From an uncultured Desulfospira sp. (GTDB lineage: Bacteria; Desulfobacterota; Desulfobacteria; Desulfobacterales; Desulfobacteraceae), in the NCBI GenBank assembly GCA_963663165.1, contig OY760175.1, positions 2,336,001 through 2,400,000 of the forward strand: DNA of 64,000 bases. Direction: 5' to 3'. The translations under genes and the position numbers were made by a program. The notes below the pieces were generated by a model that worked only from the letters and a program-made list of their open reading frames with translations, searched no databases and was not told where the DNA came from. This document shows positions 29,182-39,054 of this stretch, piece by piece. How positions within the stretch are numbered: the first letter of the stretch is position 1; every line of letters begins with the position of its first letter.

Positions 29182-30331
29182 AACGTCTTTCCCGCTGTAA
29201 ACTTAAGCTGAAATCCCGGATAAACCCCTTGAACGCCTGTTCCTGGTCAAACCGAAGCTGAATACCGATCACCGCAAGGTCACAGGGCCACCGGGTTTGA
29301 AAATTCATCCGGGCCCAGTCTTTCTCGGTGGTCACCAGCAGCCTGGCCCCGGTCTTTGCCAGCTGTTCCCGGATCATCTCAATGTCCGATGGTGTATATC
29401 TGTAATGATCACTGAATTCAAGATGCGCCGCCACCCGGCACCCTAAGTTCTCCACCGTGGTTGAGAAACTTGAATTTTGAGCAATGCCGGACCAGAGGAC
29501 GGCCTGTTTTCCTTTAAGGTCGGCCAGGTTTTTCTGATGGTTGCCTTCCGCTGATACCCATTGGGCCAGGTACGGGGAATGAAAGGTCCTGAACAGGGGT
29601 TTTGACCTGAACGCCTGGGAAATGGCCTGCCGGTCAGGACTGTCTGAAAAGGTCCTGCCGGCCGGGTGTTCAGGGCACCGGGTCAGGACCACGGCACCAG
29701 CCCTTCCTGCGGCGGTTTCCAAGGGTTCCCTGAGCCGCCCGGCCGGAAGAATCCGGTTATTTCCCAGGGGCCGGTCATGGTCAAAGAGCAGGATATCCAG
29801 ATCCCGCCTTAGCCTTACATGCTGAAACCCGTCATCCAGGATAATCACATCAGGGTTAAACCGTTTAACCGCCGCAAGCCCGGCCTGATACCGGTCCTTT
29901 CCCACCACCACGGGAAAGGCTTTTTGCGCGGCCATCATAAAGGGTTCGTCCCCGGCGGCATCGGCATCCATGAGCAGGTCTTTTCCATCCCCCACAATGC
30001 CAAAGCCTTCTTTCAAACAGCCCTTATATCCCCTGCTGATCACCACCGGTTTTTTTCCCATGGCTAAAAACAAACGGGCCAGATAAACGGCCATGGGGGT
30101 TTTGCCGGTTCCGCCGGCAACCATATTCCCGATGGAGATGACCGGGCAGTCCAGCCGCTTCTGCCTGAACATATTTTTTTGATAAAGCCGGAGCCGAAGT
30201 GTTGCGCCTGCTTTATAAAGAAAAGAAGCGGCGGTTACCAGGCCTTCCAGGGAAAACAGGCGCACGGCAAAATCCTGGTCAGACAACCGGACAATCCGCT
30301 GCTCAAGCTTTTTTAAAAAAGGGTGCGCCAA
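29174..30331 (-). CDS. lpxK: Tetraacyldisaccharide 4'-kinase
   Basis: VISIGNMVAGGTGKTP, SRGY, GDEP, LDDGFQH, LPAGRLRE, TTEKD. Confidence 0.95.
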   Translation of the reverse strand: MAHPFLKKLEQRIVRLSDQDFAVRLFSLEGLVTAASFLYKAGATLRLRLYQKNMFRQKRLDCPVISIGNMVAGGTGKTPMAVYLARLFLAMGKKPVVISRGYKGCLKEGFGIVGDGKDLLMDADAAGDEPFMMAAQKAFPVVVGKDRYQAGLAAVKRFNPDVIILDDGFQHVRLRRDLDILLFDHDRPLGNNRILPAGRLREPLETAAGRAGAVVLTRCPEHPAGRTFSDSPDRQAISQAFRSKPLFRTFHSPYLAQWVSAEGNHQKNLADLKGKQAVLWSGIAQNSSFSTTVENLGCRVAAHLEFSDHYRYTPSDIEMIREQLAKTGARLLVTTEKDWARMNFQTRWPCDLAVIGIQLRFDQEQAFKGFIRDFSLSLQRERRFE

Positions 30332-30353
30332 TCTTGTAATTCCTGAGACGTAT

Positions 30354-30531
30354 TTCCTGCTTCCTGCCTCTTGTTTCCTGTCTCTTGTCTCTTGTCTCTT
30401 GTCTCTTGTCTCTTGTTTCTTGTCTCTTGTTTCTTGTCTCTTGTTTCTTGTCTCTTGTTTCTTGTCTCTTGTTTCTTGTCTCTTGTTTCTTGTCTCTTGT
30501 TTCTTGTCTCTTGTATCTTGTCTCTTGTCTC
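30354..30531. repeat. About 25 tandem heptamers (CTCTTGT / TTCTTGT)
   Basis: Read directly; fills the lptG-lpxK spacer and has an alternating 14 bp superstructure in the middle. Confidence 0.97.
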
Positions 30532-31606
30532 ATTCCGCATGCATCAGGTAAATGCACCCGCCGATCAAAAATATCACATTGGTGATCCAGGCCGCCATCA
30601 CAGGGGGAAGCGCACCGGCATATCCCATAGATAAACTCAGGCCATATATGATCCAGTAAAAGAATGAAATGGCCACCCCCAACGCAATGGCCCCGGGCAG
30701 GTTCCGGCCGGCAAAGGAGCGCATCCCGGTGGCTGCCCCGGCCAGTGCCATGATGATGCAGATAAAGGGAAAGGCCAGTTTGCCTTGCATATCCACCTTA
30801 TAGACCCTGGCATCATACCCTTCACTTTCAACCTTATCCACATAGGCTCTCAGCTCAAAAAAGCTCATTTCATCGGTCTTTTTGACCATGGCGCCCAGGT
30901 CCTCGGGTTTGATGTCATAAGCTGTTTCTCGAACAGGTTGGAGCTTTACATTATAATCTTTGGTTTCCGGCTGATAGGTTTGTTCAATGACCTCCTTTAA
31001 AATCCATTTCCCGGACTGGTAAACCCCTTCTTTGGCATCCACCCGGGATATAATCTTAAAATTATCCCCCATGGTTGTGGCCGTGATATCTGAAACGGTT
31101 TTAGCAACCGGATCAAAAAAATTGATATGGACCAGTGTTTTATCGGATTTGATCCAGACATCCTGCCGCCCTTTGGAAACGGTTCCATTCTTCTTAAGTT
31201 CCACATACCGGATATGATTGGCATCTGTCATGGACACCGGGATCAGGGTTTCCCCAAGTAAAAACATGAGACCGGCCAGGAAAAAGGCCGCCCATATGGC
31301 CGGTCTAACCAGAAAATAAACGCTGATGCCGCTGGAGCGGATGGTGGTCAGCTCGTTGTTCCGGTTCATCAGGGCAAACACGGTCAACACCCCGAGCAGG
31401 ATAGCGGCCGGCGTCAATTGAACAAACATAAACGGCACCTTGAGCATCACATACCAAAGCCCCCTTAAAAGGGTGACATCAGACTCAAGGAACTTGTCCA
31501 TCCGTGACAGGTAATCAATAAAAATAAAGACCACCAGAATCAAGATCTGGATGACGAAAAAGAATTTTGTGAATTCTTTGAGCCAGTATTTGTGAAGACA
31601 GGTCAT
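30530..31606 (-). CDS. lptG: LPS export ABC permease
   Basis: YjgP/YjgQ architecture (NELTTIRSSGIS, KLAFPF, AAWITN); second of the pair. Confidence 0.9.
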   Translation of the reverse strand: MTCLHKYWLKEFTKFFFVIQILILVVFIFIDYLSRMDKFLESDVTLLRGLWYVMLKVPFMFVQLTPAAILLGVLTVFALMNRNNELTTIRSSGISVYFLVRPAIWAAFFLAGLMFLLGETLIPVSMTDANHIRYVELKKNGTVSKGRQDVWIKSDKTLVHINFFDPVAKTVSDITATTMGDNFKIISRVDAKEGVYQSGKWILKEVIEQTYQPETKDYNVKLQPVRETAYDIKPEDLGAMVKKTDEMSFFELRAYVDKVESEGYDARVYKVDMQGKLAFPFICIIMALAGAATGMRSFAGRNLPGAIALGVAISFFYWIIYGLSLSMGYAGALPPVMAAWITNVIFLIGGCIYLMHAE

Positions 31607-32790
31607 GGGGATTTTTTCCAGGCCAGGTACTTAACCAGGGCGGCAAAGAACTGCCCTACCCATGCCGGCATCCTGACCGGCCTTTCCTTGGCATTGCGCC
31701 ACAACAGGAAACCGCCGGCTCCGCCCATGATGACGTTAGGGACCCACATGCCGATGGCCGGCGGATAATGGCCGCTCTCTCCAATGGACCAGCCCGCAGC
31801 CAGAAGGAAATAATATAAAAGGAAGAAAAAAATCCCCATGCTGAACCCCGAAGACCGTCTCAGGGACAAAGACTGTATCCCCAAGGGGAAGGCCAGAATC
31901 CCCAGGGCGAGACAGGCAAAGGGGATGGAAAATTTCTCATGAAGAACCATGAGGGCCTCACTTTTTTTAAGGGGATCCGGTATCCCGGCTCTCAAATGGG
32001 CGACCAGCTCGCTTAAGCTGAGTTCATCATAATCCTTGTTGACCTGGCCCGGTCCCTTTTGCATGGCGGCAAGGTCAATATTGATGTCATAGTGGACAAA
32101 ATGAATGGTGGACACAGAGTTGTCTTCCGTGTTGACATGATTGATCATGCCCCGGTACAGCCGGATGGTGTACATATTCTCATCTTCAAGGTGAATGAGC
32201 TTTCCGGAAGGGGCGGTGGAGATGCTGGTGACCCCCTGAGTCCGCCGGTCCTCAATAAAGATATCGGTTAAATCCCGTGTTTTCATGTTTACATGGGACA
32301 CATAAATCATGATATCCTTGAGCTGGGCGTTGAACTGCCGTTCCTGAAGGGCCAGGTCAATACTGGACCTTGCCAGATCGATACTGGTCTTTTTAAGGGA
32401 CAGTTTTCCCCATGACACCCCGAAGACCGTTATCCACATGGTCAGCAAGGTGCCAAGAACACAGAAGACCAGCACCGGCGGCAATATCCGGTAAAGGGAC
32501 ATGCCCGCTCCCTTTAACGCCACAATTTCATTTTCACCGGACATGCGCATAAAGGTTAACAGTATGGAAATCATAACCGACATGGGAAGGGTAAATTCCA
32601 TGAACCTTGGCAGGGTGTAAATCACCATTAAAAGAATGGCGGACGGGTCTGCATTATAATTGACCACCATGTTGGTGATCCCGGGGATCCGGGTCATCAA
32701 AAAAACAAAGGTCAGAAAAAAAAGACTGATGCCGAAGGGAGATAAAAGTTCCTGGAAAATATACCGGTTTATGGTTTTAGCTGAATTCAT
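31603..32790 (-). CDS. lptF: LPS export ABC permease
   Basis: RYIFQEL, ENEIVALKGAGMS, EKFSIPFAC, MWVPN. Confidence 0.9.
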   Translation of the reverse strand: MNSAKTINRYIFQELLSPFGISLFFLTFVFLMTRIPGITNMVVNYNADPSAILLMVIYTLPRFMEFTLPMSVMISILLTFMRMSGENEIVALKGAGMSLYRILPPVLVFCVLGTLLTMWITVFGVSWGKLSLKKTSIDLARSSIDLALQERQFNAQLKDIMIYVSHVNMKTRDLTDIFIEDRRTQGVTSISTAPSGKLIHLEDENMYTIRLYRGMINHVNTEDNSVSTIHFVHYDINIDLAAMQKGPGQVNKDYDELSLSELVAHLRAGIPDPLKKSEALMVLHEKFSIPFACLALGILAFPLGIQSLSLRRSSGFSMGIFFFLLYYFLLAAGWSIGESGHYPPAIGMWVPNVIMGGAGGFLLWRNAKERPVRMPAWVGQFFAALVKYLAWKKSP

Positions 32791-32887
32791 TTTTACGCAA
32801 AATAATGATTACCCGAAAAATAGTCAACCTTTAATAGGCGAAGAGGCTGAAGGGCATCGGCCAAAGGAGGCCGCCCTCTCTCACCGG

Positions 32888-32972
32888 CCCACTTTCCCAC
32901 TTTCCCACTTTCTCACTTTCTCACTTTCCCACTTTCTCACTTTCCCACTTTCTCACTTTCCCACTTTCCCAC
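32888..32972. repeat. 10 tandem octamers (CYCACTTT) plus a partial unit
   Basis: Read directly in the lptF/thiN divergent intergenic region. Confidence 0.95.
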
Positions 32973-33029
32973 CAGCCCCAAACCACAATTCTATTGTACT
33001 GACAAGGGGTTTCATGATATGCCCCTGTC

Positions 33030-33689
33030 ATGAAATGTGTCATATTTGCAGGCGGGACCTTTGGCCGGGATCAGGCCGGAGACCGGACAATCCACAGCCA
33101 TCTGGAAAGGGCGGATCTGATCATTGCCGCTGACAGCGGTGCCGGCCATCTAAAAAAACTCAACCGTTTTCCTCATTTCATCCTGGGGGATCTGGATTCC
33201 ATTGATCCGGCCACCCTTGAATATTTTGAACGCCAGAAGGTCACCTTTATCCGTTACCCCAGCAAAAAAGACAAGACCGACACAGACCTGTGTGTGGACT
33301 TTGCGCTGAAAAAAAATGCATCCGATATCACCCTGGCCGGCTCAACAGGACACCGGATGGACCATACCCTGGCCAATATTTTCCTTCTTCGCAGGCTTTC
33401 GGATCTTAAAATTCCAGCCCGGATCATTGACGGGCACAATGAAATTTACCTGATGCATTCTTCGTTGACAACTTCCCTGGAAATCAAAGGCCGGCCCAAC
33501 GAATTTTTATCGGTTATTCCCATTTCAGAAACTGTGGAGGGGGTGACCTTAAAAGGGCTGGCATATCCTTTGGATAACCATACCATCCCCTTGGGGTCAT
33601 CCCTTGGGATCAGCAACTCTTTTAAGGATGAATCGGCTGTGGTCACCATCAAAAAAGGATGCCTGGTGGTCACAAAATCCAGGGATTAA
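33030..33689 (+). CDS. thiN: Thiamine diphosphokinase
   Basis: IAADSGA, GDLDS, KDKTD, RMDHTLAN, GLAYPL, LGISN. Confidence 0.92.
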   Translation: MKCVIFAGGTFGRDQAGDRTIHSHLERADLIIAADSGAGHLKKLNRFPHFILGDLDSIDPATLEYFERQKVTFIRYPSKKDKTDTDLCVDFALKKNASDITLAGSTGHRMDHTLANIFLLRRLSDLKIPARIIDGHNEIYLMHSSLTTSLEIKGRPNEFLSVIPISETVEGVTLKGLAYPLDNHTIPLGSSLGISNSFKDESAVVTIKKGCLVVTKSRD

Positions 33690-33732
33690 ACACAACTCAC
33701 AGCTATCGGCTGCCAGCTGTTTACCACTGCGC

Positions 33733-34572
33733 CTATTCCTTTGGATCTTCTTCCCCTTCTTCCCCCTCCTCCCCTGGTGGCGGCGTCTGGGCTACGGTAT
33801 GTTCAACCAGGAACTCTTCAACTTTTTCATAACTGGTTGTGACAATGACATGTTCAATTTTAATGTCTTTTACCACCCCTTCCATATAGGGGTTTACAAC
33901 ATTAATCAGTTTGGCTTTCTGTGCCTCTAACCGGTCAAAGTCCTTGATGTCGTTGTAGATCAGTGAGCTTAAAAATACCGTTATCGCCTCCATGGCCCTG
34001 GGGTGAAGCAAGGGCATTTCCTGCCCCGGCATCAGCTCGTTGAGAAGCAGTTCCATTTTCAGGCAAAGATACCGGTCTTCGGTGTTGGAGCTGATCTTGT
34101 TCAGGTTCACGGCAATGGGGTCAAGGGAGATGGCGGTTGCTGAATTTTCTCCGCCTTTGCCGGATTTGGAAAGGGTTTTCTGCCATTCCTCTACCCGGCC
34201 GTTTTCCCCTTTAAGGGTCATTTTGGAATCCTCAAACTGAACGATTTCAAAAATATTGGTGGTATTTTTCTCCCATACCTTATCAATATTGGATTCCGTC
34301 ACAGTGAACACAATCTGCTTGTCACTGATGTGCCAGGTCCCTTTGGCACTGCCTTTGGCGGCCACAATTTTCTCAGTGGCATCGGCAATCCTCACCGAGG
34401 ACTGCCATTGCCCCTGAGGGCTTATGATCAGCAGAATATAGGTCCTGCTCCTGAGCTGAAACCAGTTCCCCAGAACCTGCTCTTCCTGGGCAACGGTTTT
34501 TTCACCGTCACCGCCGCCGCATCCGGCCTGGATAAACAACAGGCACAATAAAAAAATAGACATATATCGCAT
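33733..34572 (-). CDS. Putative lipoprotein with C-terminal FliL-like domain
   Basis: Lipobox-like IQAGC; C-terminal LDPIAVNL...RYL...EAITVFLSS...KLINVVN. Confidence 0.6.
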   Translation of the reverse strand: MRYMSIFLLCLLFIQAGCGGGDGEKTVAQEEQVLGNWFQLRSRTYILLIISPQGQWQSSVRIADATEKIVAAKGSAKGTWHISDKQIVFTVTESNIDKVWEKNTTNIFEIVQFEDSKMTLKGENGRVEEWQKTLSKSGKGGENSATAISLDPIAVNLNKISSNTEDRYLCLKMELLLNELMPGQEMPLLHPRAMEAITVFLSSLIYNDIKDFDRLEAQKAKLINVVNPYMEGVVKDIKIEHVIVTTSYEKVEEFLVEHTVAQTPPPGEEGEEGEEDPKE

Positions 34573-34645
34573 GAGAGATATCCTGATAATGAAGGTTCAA
34601 GATCTAGGAGAAGCTACCATGAAGGAAGGATACTGGTCAACCCAT

Positions 34646-34684
34646 AAAAAAAGGCGCTCCGACCACCGTCAGGACGCCTTTTTT
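34646..34684. terminator. Intrinsic terminator, possibly bidirectional
   Basis: A7-GGCG...TCC.GAC loop GTC.GGA.CGCC-T6, downstream of the HesB-like gene. Confidence 0.7.
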
Positions 34685-34686
34685 AT

Positions 34687-34775
34687 TAGCTTTTAGGCGT
34701 TAGCTATTAGCTGTTAGCTTTTGACTGATAGCTGCTGGCCTTTGGGCTAACGGCTAATGGCTAAAAGCTAACGGC
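34687..34775. repeat. Inverted heptamer arrays (TTAGCTN / GCTAANG)
   Basis: ttagcta ttagctg ttagctt ... gctaacg gctaatg gctaaaa gctaacg. Confidence 0.7.
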
Positions 34776-34780
34776 TTTTT

Positions 34781-35098
34781 TTATGATGAACTGCAACCGC
34801 CGGAACTGCAGCCGGAGCAGCCGGACTGGCCAAGGTCAATATTTGAATCCAGGCTGAATCCCATTCCTGTGAAATCAATTTTAATGGTCTGGGCTTTTTC
34901 CATAAAATCCTTTTCAACGACGAACTTGTGTCCTTTAACGTCAAAGGTGTCATCCGTATCTCTAGGCTCATCCAGAGCCATGGCAAGAGAGGGGCCCCCT
35001 CAGCCGCCGGAATTCAAAAAGATCCGTATGGGGGACGGCGCCTTCCCCTGGAAATAATCGTCAATCTGCGTTTTGGCAGAATCTGTTAATTCAATCAT
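34781..35098 (-). CDS. IscA/HesB-like selenoprotein (105 aa, Sec at codon 33)
   Basis: MIELTDSAK...PIRIFLNSGG-UGA-GGPSLAMALDEP. In-frame TGA at 35000-35002, downstream GGCTC-TGGAT-GAGCC hairpin, and selB in the same window. Confidence 0.92.
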
Positions 35099-35277
35099 GG
35101 TGTTTGGTCTCCTTATGCTTTAATTTTTCACCAGGCTGCATTTCCCTTCAATACCTTCACTCTAAACACGGTCACAGGGCCTGTCAATGCCGCCCGAAAC
35201 TGGCCCGCACAAAATAATTGACAATTCATAGGTGAAAGCTGATAATAAAATTTTTAATTTTTCTTTCAACGACCCCA

Positions 35278-36342
35278 ATGAAATTATCCGTCCCTTACAT
35301 ACCTGACCCGGATTATGAAGGGTTTTTGCTGGACAGAATTTCTTTTCTGGATTCCATTTATTTTGGCCTTCACTCAGGACCGCTTCTGGATTCACGGGTG
35401 AGGTTCTCATCTTTGGGCATCCAGCAGCTTGCCCAGGGGCTGCTGCCCTTTGGCCATGTTAAAAAATACGCGCTGGTCAATGGCCGGTTTATCCCGCCCC
35501 ACCTTTACCATGACCGGTCTTTTGCTCGAAAGCTTTTGGACAACTTAACGGTCCTGTACGACACCTGCGGGCTTGCCGGCATGGTGATGGTGGACGTTTA
35601 CCTGTTACAGGCATTAGATCAAACCGGCCACCGCCTGGTCCCTTTAATCGAGGCCGTGCCCGGGGCAAACCTGATGATGGACTGTCCTTCAAAAATCTTT
35701 TCCGTGTTAGAGGCCATTGAACAAACCCGGTTTAAGATGCCCCACAAAATTGTAGTTGACCGCTCTTTAAACCGAAATCCTGAAACTCTTTCCCAATTGA
35801 ACGACAGCGTTAAATCGGTTTTCCCGGACATCGCCATTGAGCTGTTAGCCAACGAGGGATGCCTATACCAGTGCCCGTTTAAACCAACCCACGATGCTCA
35901 GATTTCCCTTTCCAATACCGGCCTTGTCCGGGAAGAAACCCATAAGCTCAACCAGGCATTCGGGTGCCACAACACCTTTTATCACCACCCCCACAAATTT
36001 TTAAAATCGCCCTTTATCCGGCCCGAGGATCTGCACCATTACGAAGGCCTTGCCGATACCGTCAAAATCTGCGGCAGAACCCTTGGCCCCTCTTTTTTAA
36101 AACAGGCGGTCACGGCCTATATGGACCAAAGCTTTGACGGCAGCCTGCCCGAACTCATGGACACAACCCATTTTTTGTCCCGGCGGTTTGAACTCAACAA
36201 CAAAGACCTTGGCCCTGATTTTTTTAAAATGGTGACCAACTGTACAAAAAATTGCAAATGGTGTACCCTGTGTCCAGATCTATTTTCAAACACAGCAAAA
36301 CTATTAAACCCGACCATACCCCTTTACGAGGACTGCCAATGA
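35278..36342 (+). CDS. Peptidase U32-like protein with Cys-rich C-terminus
   Basis: [37 protein letters not shown]. Confidence 0.7.
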   Translation: MKLSVPYIPDPDYEGFLLDRISFLDSIYFGLHSGPLLDSRVRFSSLGIQQLAQGLLPFGHVKKYALVNGRFIPPHLYHDRSFARKLLDNLTVLYDTCGLAGMVMVDVYLLQALDQTGHRLVPLIEAVPGANLMMDCPSKIFSVLEAIEQTRFKMPHKIVVDRSLNRNPETLSQLNDSVKSVFPDIAIELLANEGCLYQCPFKPTHDAQISLSNTGLVREETHKLNQAFGCHNTFYHHPHKFLKSPFIRPEDLHHYEGLADTVKICGRTLGPSFLKQAVTAYMDQSFDGSLPELMDTTHFLSRRFELNNKDLGPDFFKMVTNCTKNCKWCTLCPDLFSNTAKLLNPTIPLYEDCQ

Positions 36343-37355
36343 AAATACTTGTTACCGGAGGGGCCGGCTATATCGGCTCCCACACCTGTGTTGAACTTCT
36401 CAATGAAAATTATGAGGTAGTGGTTATCGACAACCTGTGCAACAGTTCGGAAAAATCGTTGAACCGGGTTAAAAAAATCACGGGAAAAGACCTGGTATTT
36501 TACAAAACCGATCTTTTGGACAAGGACGGCCTGATCCCCATCTTCCAGGACCATAAAGTTGACGCGGTTATTCATTTCGCCGGCCTTAAAGCGGTCGGGG
36601 AATCGGTGGACATCCCGCTGACCTATTTTCACAACAACATCACCGGAACCTTAAACCTGCTTGAAGTCATGGCCGCCGCCAATGTGAAAAATATGGTGTT
36701 TTCGTCATCGGCCACGGTATACGGGGACCCGGCATCCCTGCCCATAAAGGAGGATTTCCCCTTAAGCGTGACCAACCCCTACGGCCGGACCAAGCTGATG
36801 ATCGAAGAAATCCTCAAGGATCTTTATGTATCGGACAATGAATGGAATATTGCCCTGCTTCGATATTTTAACCCTGTGGGGGCCCATGAATCCGGTACCA
36901 TCGGAGAAGATCCCAACGGCATTCCCAACAACCTGATGCCCTATATCGCAAAGGTTGCCATCGGGGCCTTAGACCGGCTCAGCGTTTTCGGCAATGACTA
37001 CGACACCCCGGACGGCACCGGGGTCAGGGATTTTATTCACGTGGTGGACCTGGCACAAGGCCACATTAAAACCCTTCCCAAGCTGTTTACCAATCCCGGT
37101 GTGGTGACCTATAATTTAGGAACCGGAAACGGTTTTTCCGTTCTTGAAATGGTCAAGGGGTTTGAAAAGGCCTCCGGCCAAAAGGTCTCTTATCAGATAA
37201 CGGACCGGCGGCCCGGGGATATTGCGGCATGTTACGCAGACCCGTCAAAAGCCAGAGAAGAACTGGGCTGGACTGCCCGAAAAACCCTTGAAGATATGTG
37301 CCAGGATACCTGGAAGTGGCAAAAAAATAACCCTGATGGGTTTGGTTCACCCTAA
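36339..37355 (+). CDS. galE: UDP-glucose 4-epimerase
   Basis: [38 protein letters not shown]. Confidence 0.97.
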   Translation: MKILVTGGAGYIGSHTCVELLNENYEVVVIDNLCNSSEKSLNRVKKITGKDLVFYKTDLLDKDGLIPIFQDHKVDAVIHFAGLKAVGESVDIPLTYFHNNITGTLNLLEVMAAANVKNMVFSSSATVYGDPASLPIKEDFPLSVTNPYGRTKLMIEEILKDLYVSDNEWNIALLRYFNPVGAHESGTIGEDPNGIPNNLMPYIAKVAIGALDRLSVFGNDYDTPDGTGVRDFIHVVDLAQGHIKTLPKLFTNPGVVTYNLGTGNGFSVLEMVKGFEKASGQKVSYQITDRRPGDIAACYADPSKAREELGWTARKTLEDMCQDTWKWQKNNPDGFGSP

Positions 37356-37374
37356 TTGAATTTAGGAGAAAAAT

Positions 37375-39054
37375 ATGGAAAAAAATCTGGCGGAACTGGA
37401 AAAGCTGATTAAAAACTCAAACATTAAAGCGGCAGCGGAAAGCATCGGCCGCCTGATGACAGGCCCGGAGGATGACAAACAGCGCGTGATGGAAATGCTG
37501 GCCCTGACCCCGGACAAAACAGCTCTGGATCTGCTGGATTTTCTATTTGAAGAAAATGTGCTGGCACCCGGGACGGCAGAGCCTTTGTTCCAGCTGGTTA
37601 TAGACCGGGCCCATCTTCATTTTCCCTTTGTCCTGATTTTGTTAAGGCACGGGGGCAGGCAACGGGCCCTTGCGGCGGTTTCCCTGCTGCGACATGTCAT
37701 GGGCCGGGAAACCAATACCGGCATCCTGGCCGAAATCATTAAAACCGCCGGCTTAAACAAGCTGGACAAACTCACCGATGATATCGCCGAATTCATATTT
37801 TATGATGATCCTAAGCTCAAATCCTGTGCTGTACAGGCCTTAGAACGGATTGGGACCGAGCGTGCCCTGGATCGGCTTGAAAAAATTGCTGAAACCAGCA
37901 AGTGTGACCAGGACGTGCTGGATGCCGTCCACCTGCTCAAAACCAATGCCCAGCAAGGACCGCTTTCAATTACCCCGGAAGAACCTGAACCCGAACCGCC
38001 GGCTCAGGCGGAACCGGCCGGCGAAACGCCGCCGGATGCGGCCCAGCCCTCCTTTGAAGACCAGCTTGAACTCTTATCATCCAGCGACGTGGCCCAGCGT
38101 TACCAGGCGTTTAACTATTTTTCCATGAGAAGCGAAGACGTGGCCAGGGCCCTGTCCGAGTGCCTGGACACGGACAATGAAGACCTGATGATCTCCCTGC
38201 TCTGGCTTGTCACGGTCTCCATCCCCAATGATGCGATCCAGGACCTGTTTTCCATTATCTCCAACGGGCCGGTGGATAACCGGATAAAATTTTGTGTTTA
38301 CTCTGCCCTGGAGGCCTATCCCCGGCTTGATTCGGCCGCTATTTTAACAAAGGGAATCACGGAACCTGCGGCATATGTCCGGGTGGCTGTGGTCAAGGCC
38401 CTTGAAAAACACTGCTCAGACTATGTGGTGGCGGAAATCCGGCAGAAGATTGAATCCGGCACCAAATCCGGTGAGGAACTGGTGCGGACCATCCTGGATG
38501 TCAGGGCCGAACGCCTTATTCAGGCCCTTTTAAAATCCGACACCTTCTCCTATATCGCGTCCAATTACCTTGAAAACAAAGCATCCCCGGCAGCACTGGA
38601 TACCTATATCCGGATCCTTGAAGACCGAAACTTAAAATCTACGGTTAAACGATTTCAAAAAATCAGGGATGATAAAGCCTTTGGCCCGAAACCCCTGGTC
38701 ATGGTGGTCTGTCCGGCCCAGCCCTATCTGGAGGTTTACGGCAGACGCATTCATACCTGCGGCTTTGAGGCCGTCCTCCATACCGGCACCCAGGAAGCTT
38801 TCGAAGACCTCATGAACCGGAAACCTTCGGCCCTGATCTGCTGTGTGATGCTCAACAACATGAGCTGTATCGATTTTGTCAAAGAGGCCCGGCAGGTATA
38901 CGGCCCAGACGAACTGCCCATCATTGTCTCATCCCTGCTTAAAGATTTTTGCGTTGGAAAAAACCAGGAAAAAGCGAAAAACGCCGGGATAACGGCGGTT
39001 GTGGAATTCCCGGCCAACCCGGCACAGATCAAATCCTGGGTGAAAGCCGGTTGA
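37375..39054 (+). CDS. HEAT-repeat protein with C-terminal pseudo-receiver domain
   Basis: AVQALERIG and VRVAVVKALE repeats; Pro/Glu linker; REC-like tail lacking the acidic residues. Confidence 0.7.
   Translation: MEKNLAELEKLIKNSNIKAAAESIGRLMTGPEDDKQRVMEMLALTPDKTALDLLDFLFEENVLAPGTAEPLFQLVIDRAHLHFPFVLILLRHGGRQRALAAVSLLRHVMGRETNTGILAEIIKTAGLNKLDKLTDDIAEFIFYDDPKLKSCAVQALERIGTERALDRLEKIAETSKCDQDVLDAVHLLKTNAQQGPLSITPEEPEPEPPAQAEPAGETPPDAAQPSFEDQLELLSSSDVAQRYQAFNYFSMRSEDVARALSECLDTDNEDLMISLLWLVTVSIPNDAIQDLFSIISNGPVDNRIKFCVYSALEAYPRLDSAAILTKGITEPAAYVRVAVVKALEKHCSDYVVAEIRQKIESGTKSGEELVRTILDVRAERLIQALLKSDTFSYIASNYLENKASPAALDTYIRILEDRNLKSTVKRFQKIRDDKAFGPKPLVMVVCPAQPYLEVYGRRIHTCGFEAVLHTGTQEAFEDLMNRKPSALICCVMLNNMSCIDFVKEARQVYGPDELPIIVSSLLKDFCVGKNQEKAKNAGITAVVEFPANPAQIKSWVKAG

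Noticed and set aside
30530..30532. lptG TGA as a selenocysteine codon
   Set aside because: The downstream purine-rich repeat cannot form a SECIS hairpin, and LptG ends at its normal length.
30303..30634. RQETRDK / LVSCLL repeat ORFs in the ORF track
   Set aside because: These are by-products of a stop-free heptamer repeat, with no independent coding evidence.
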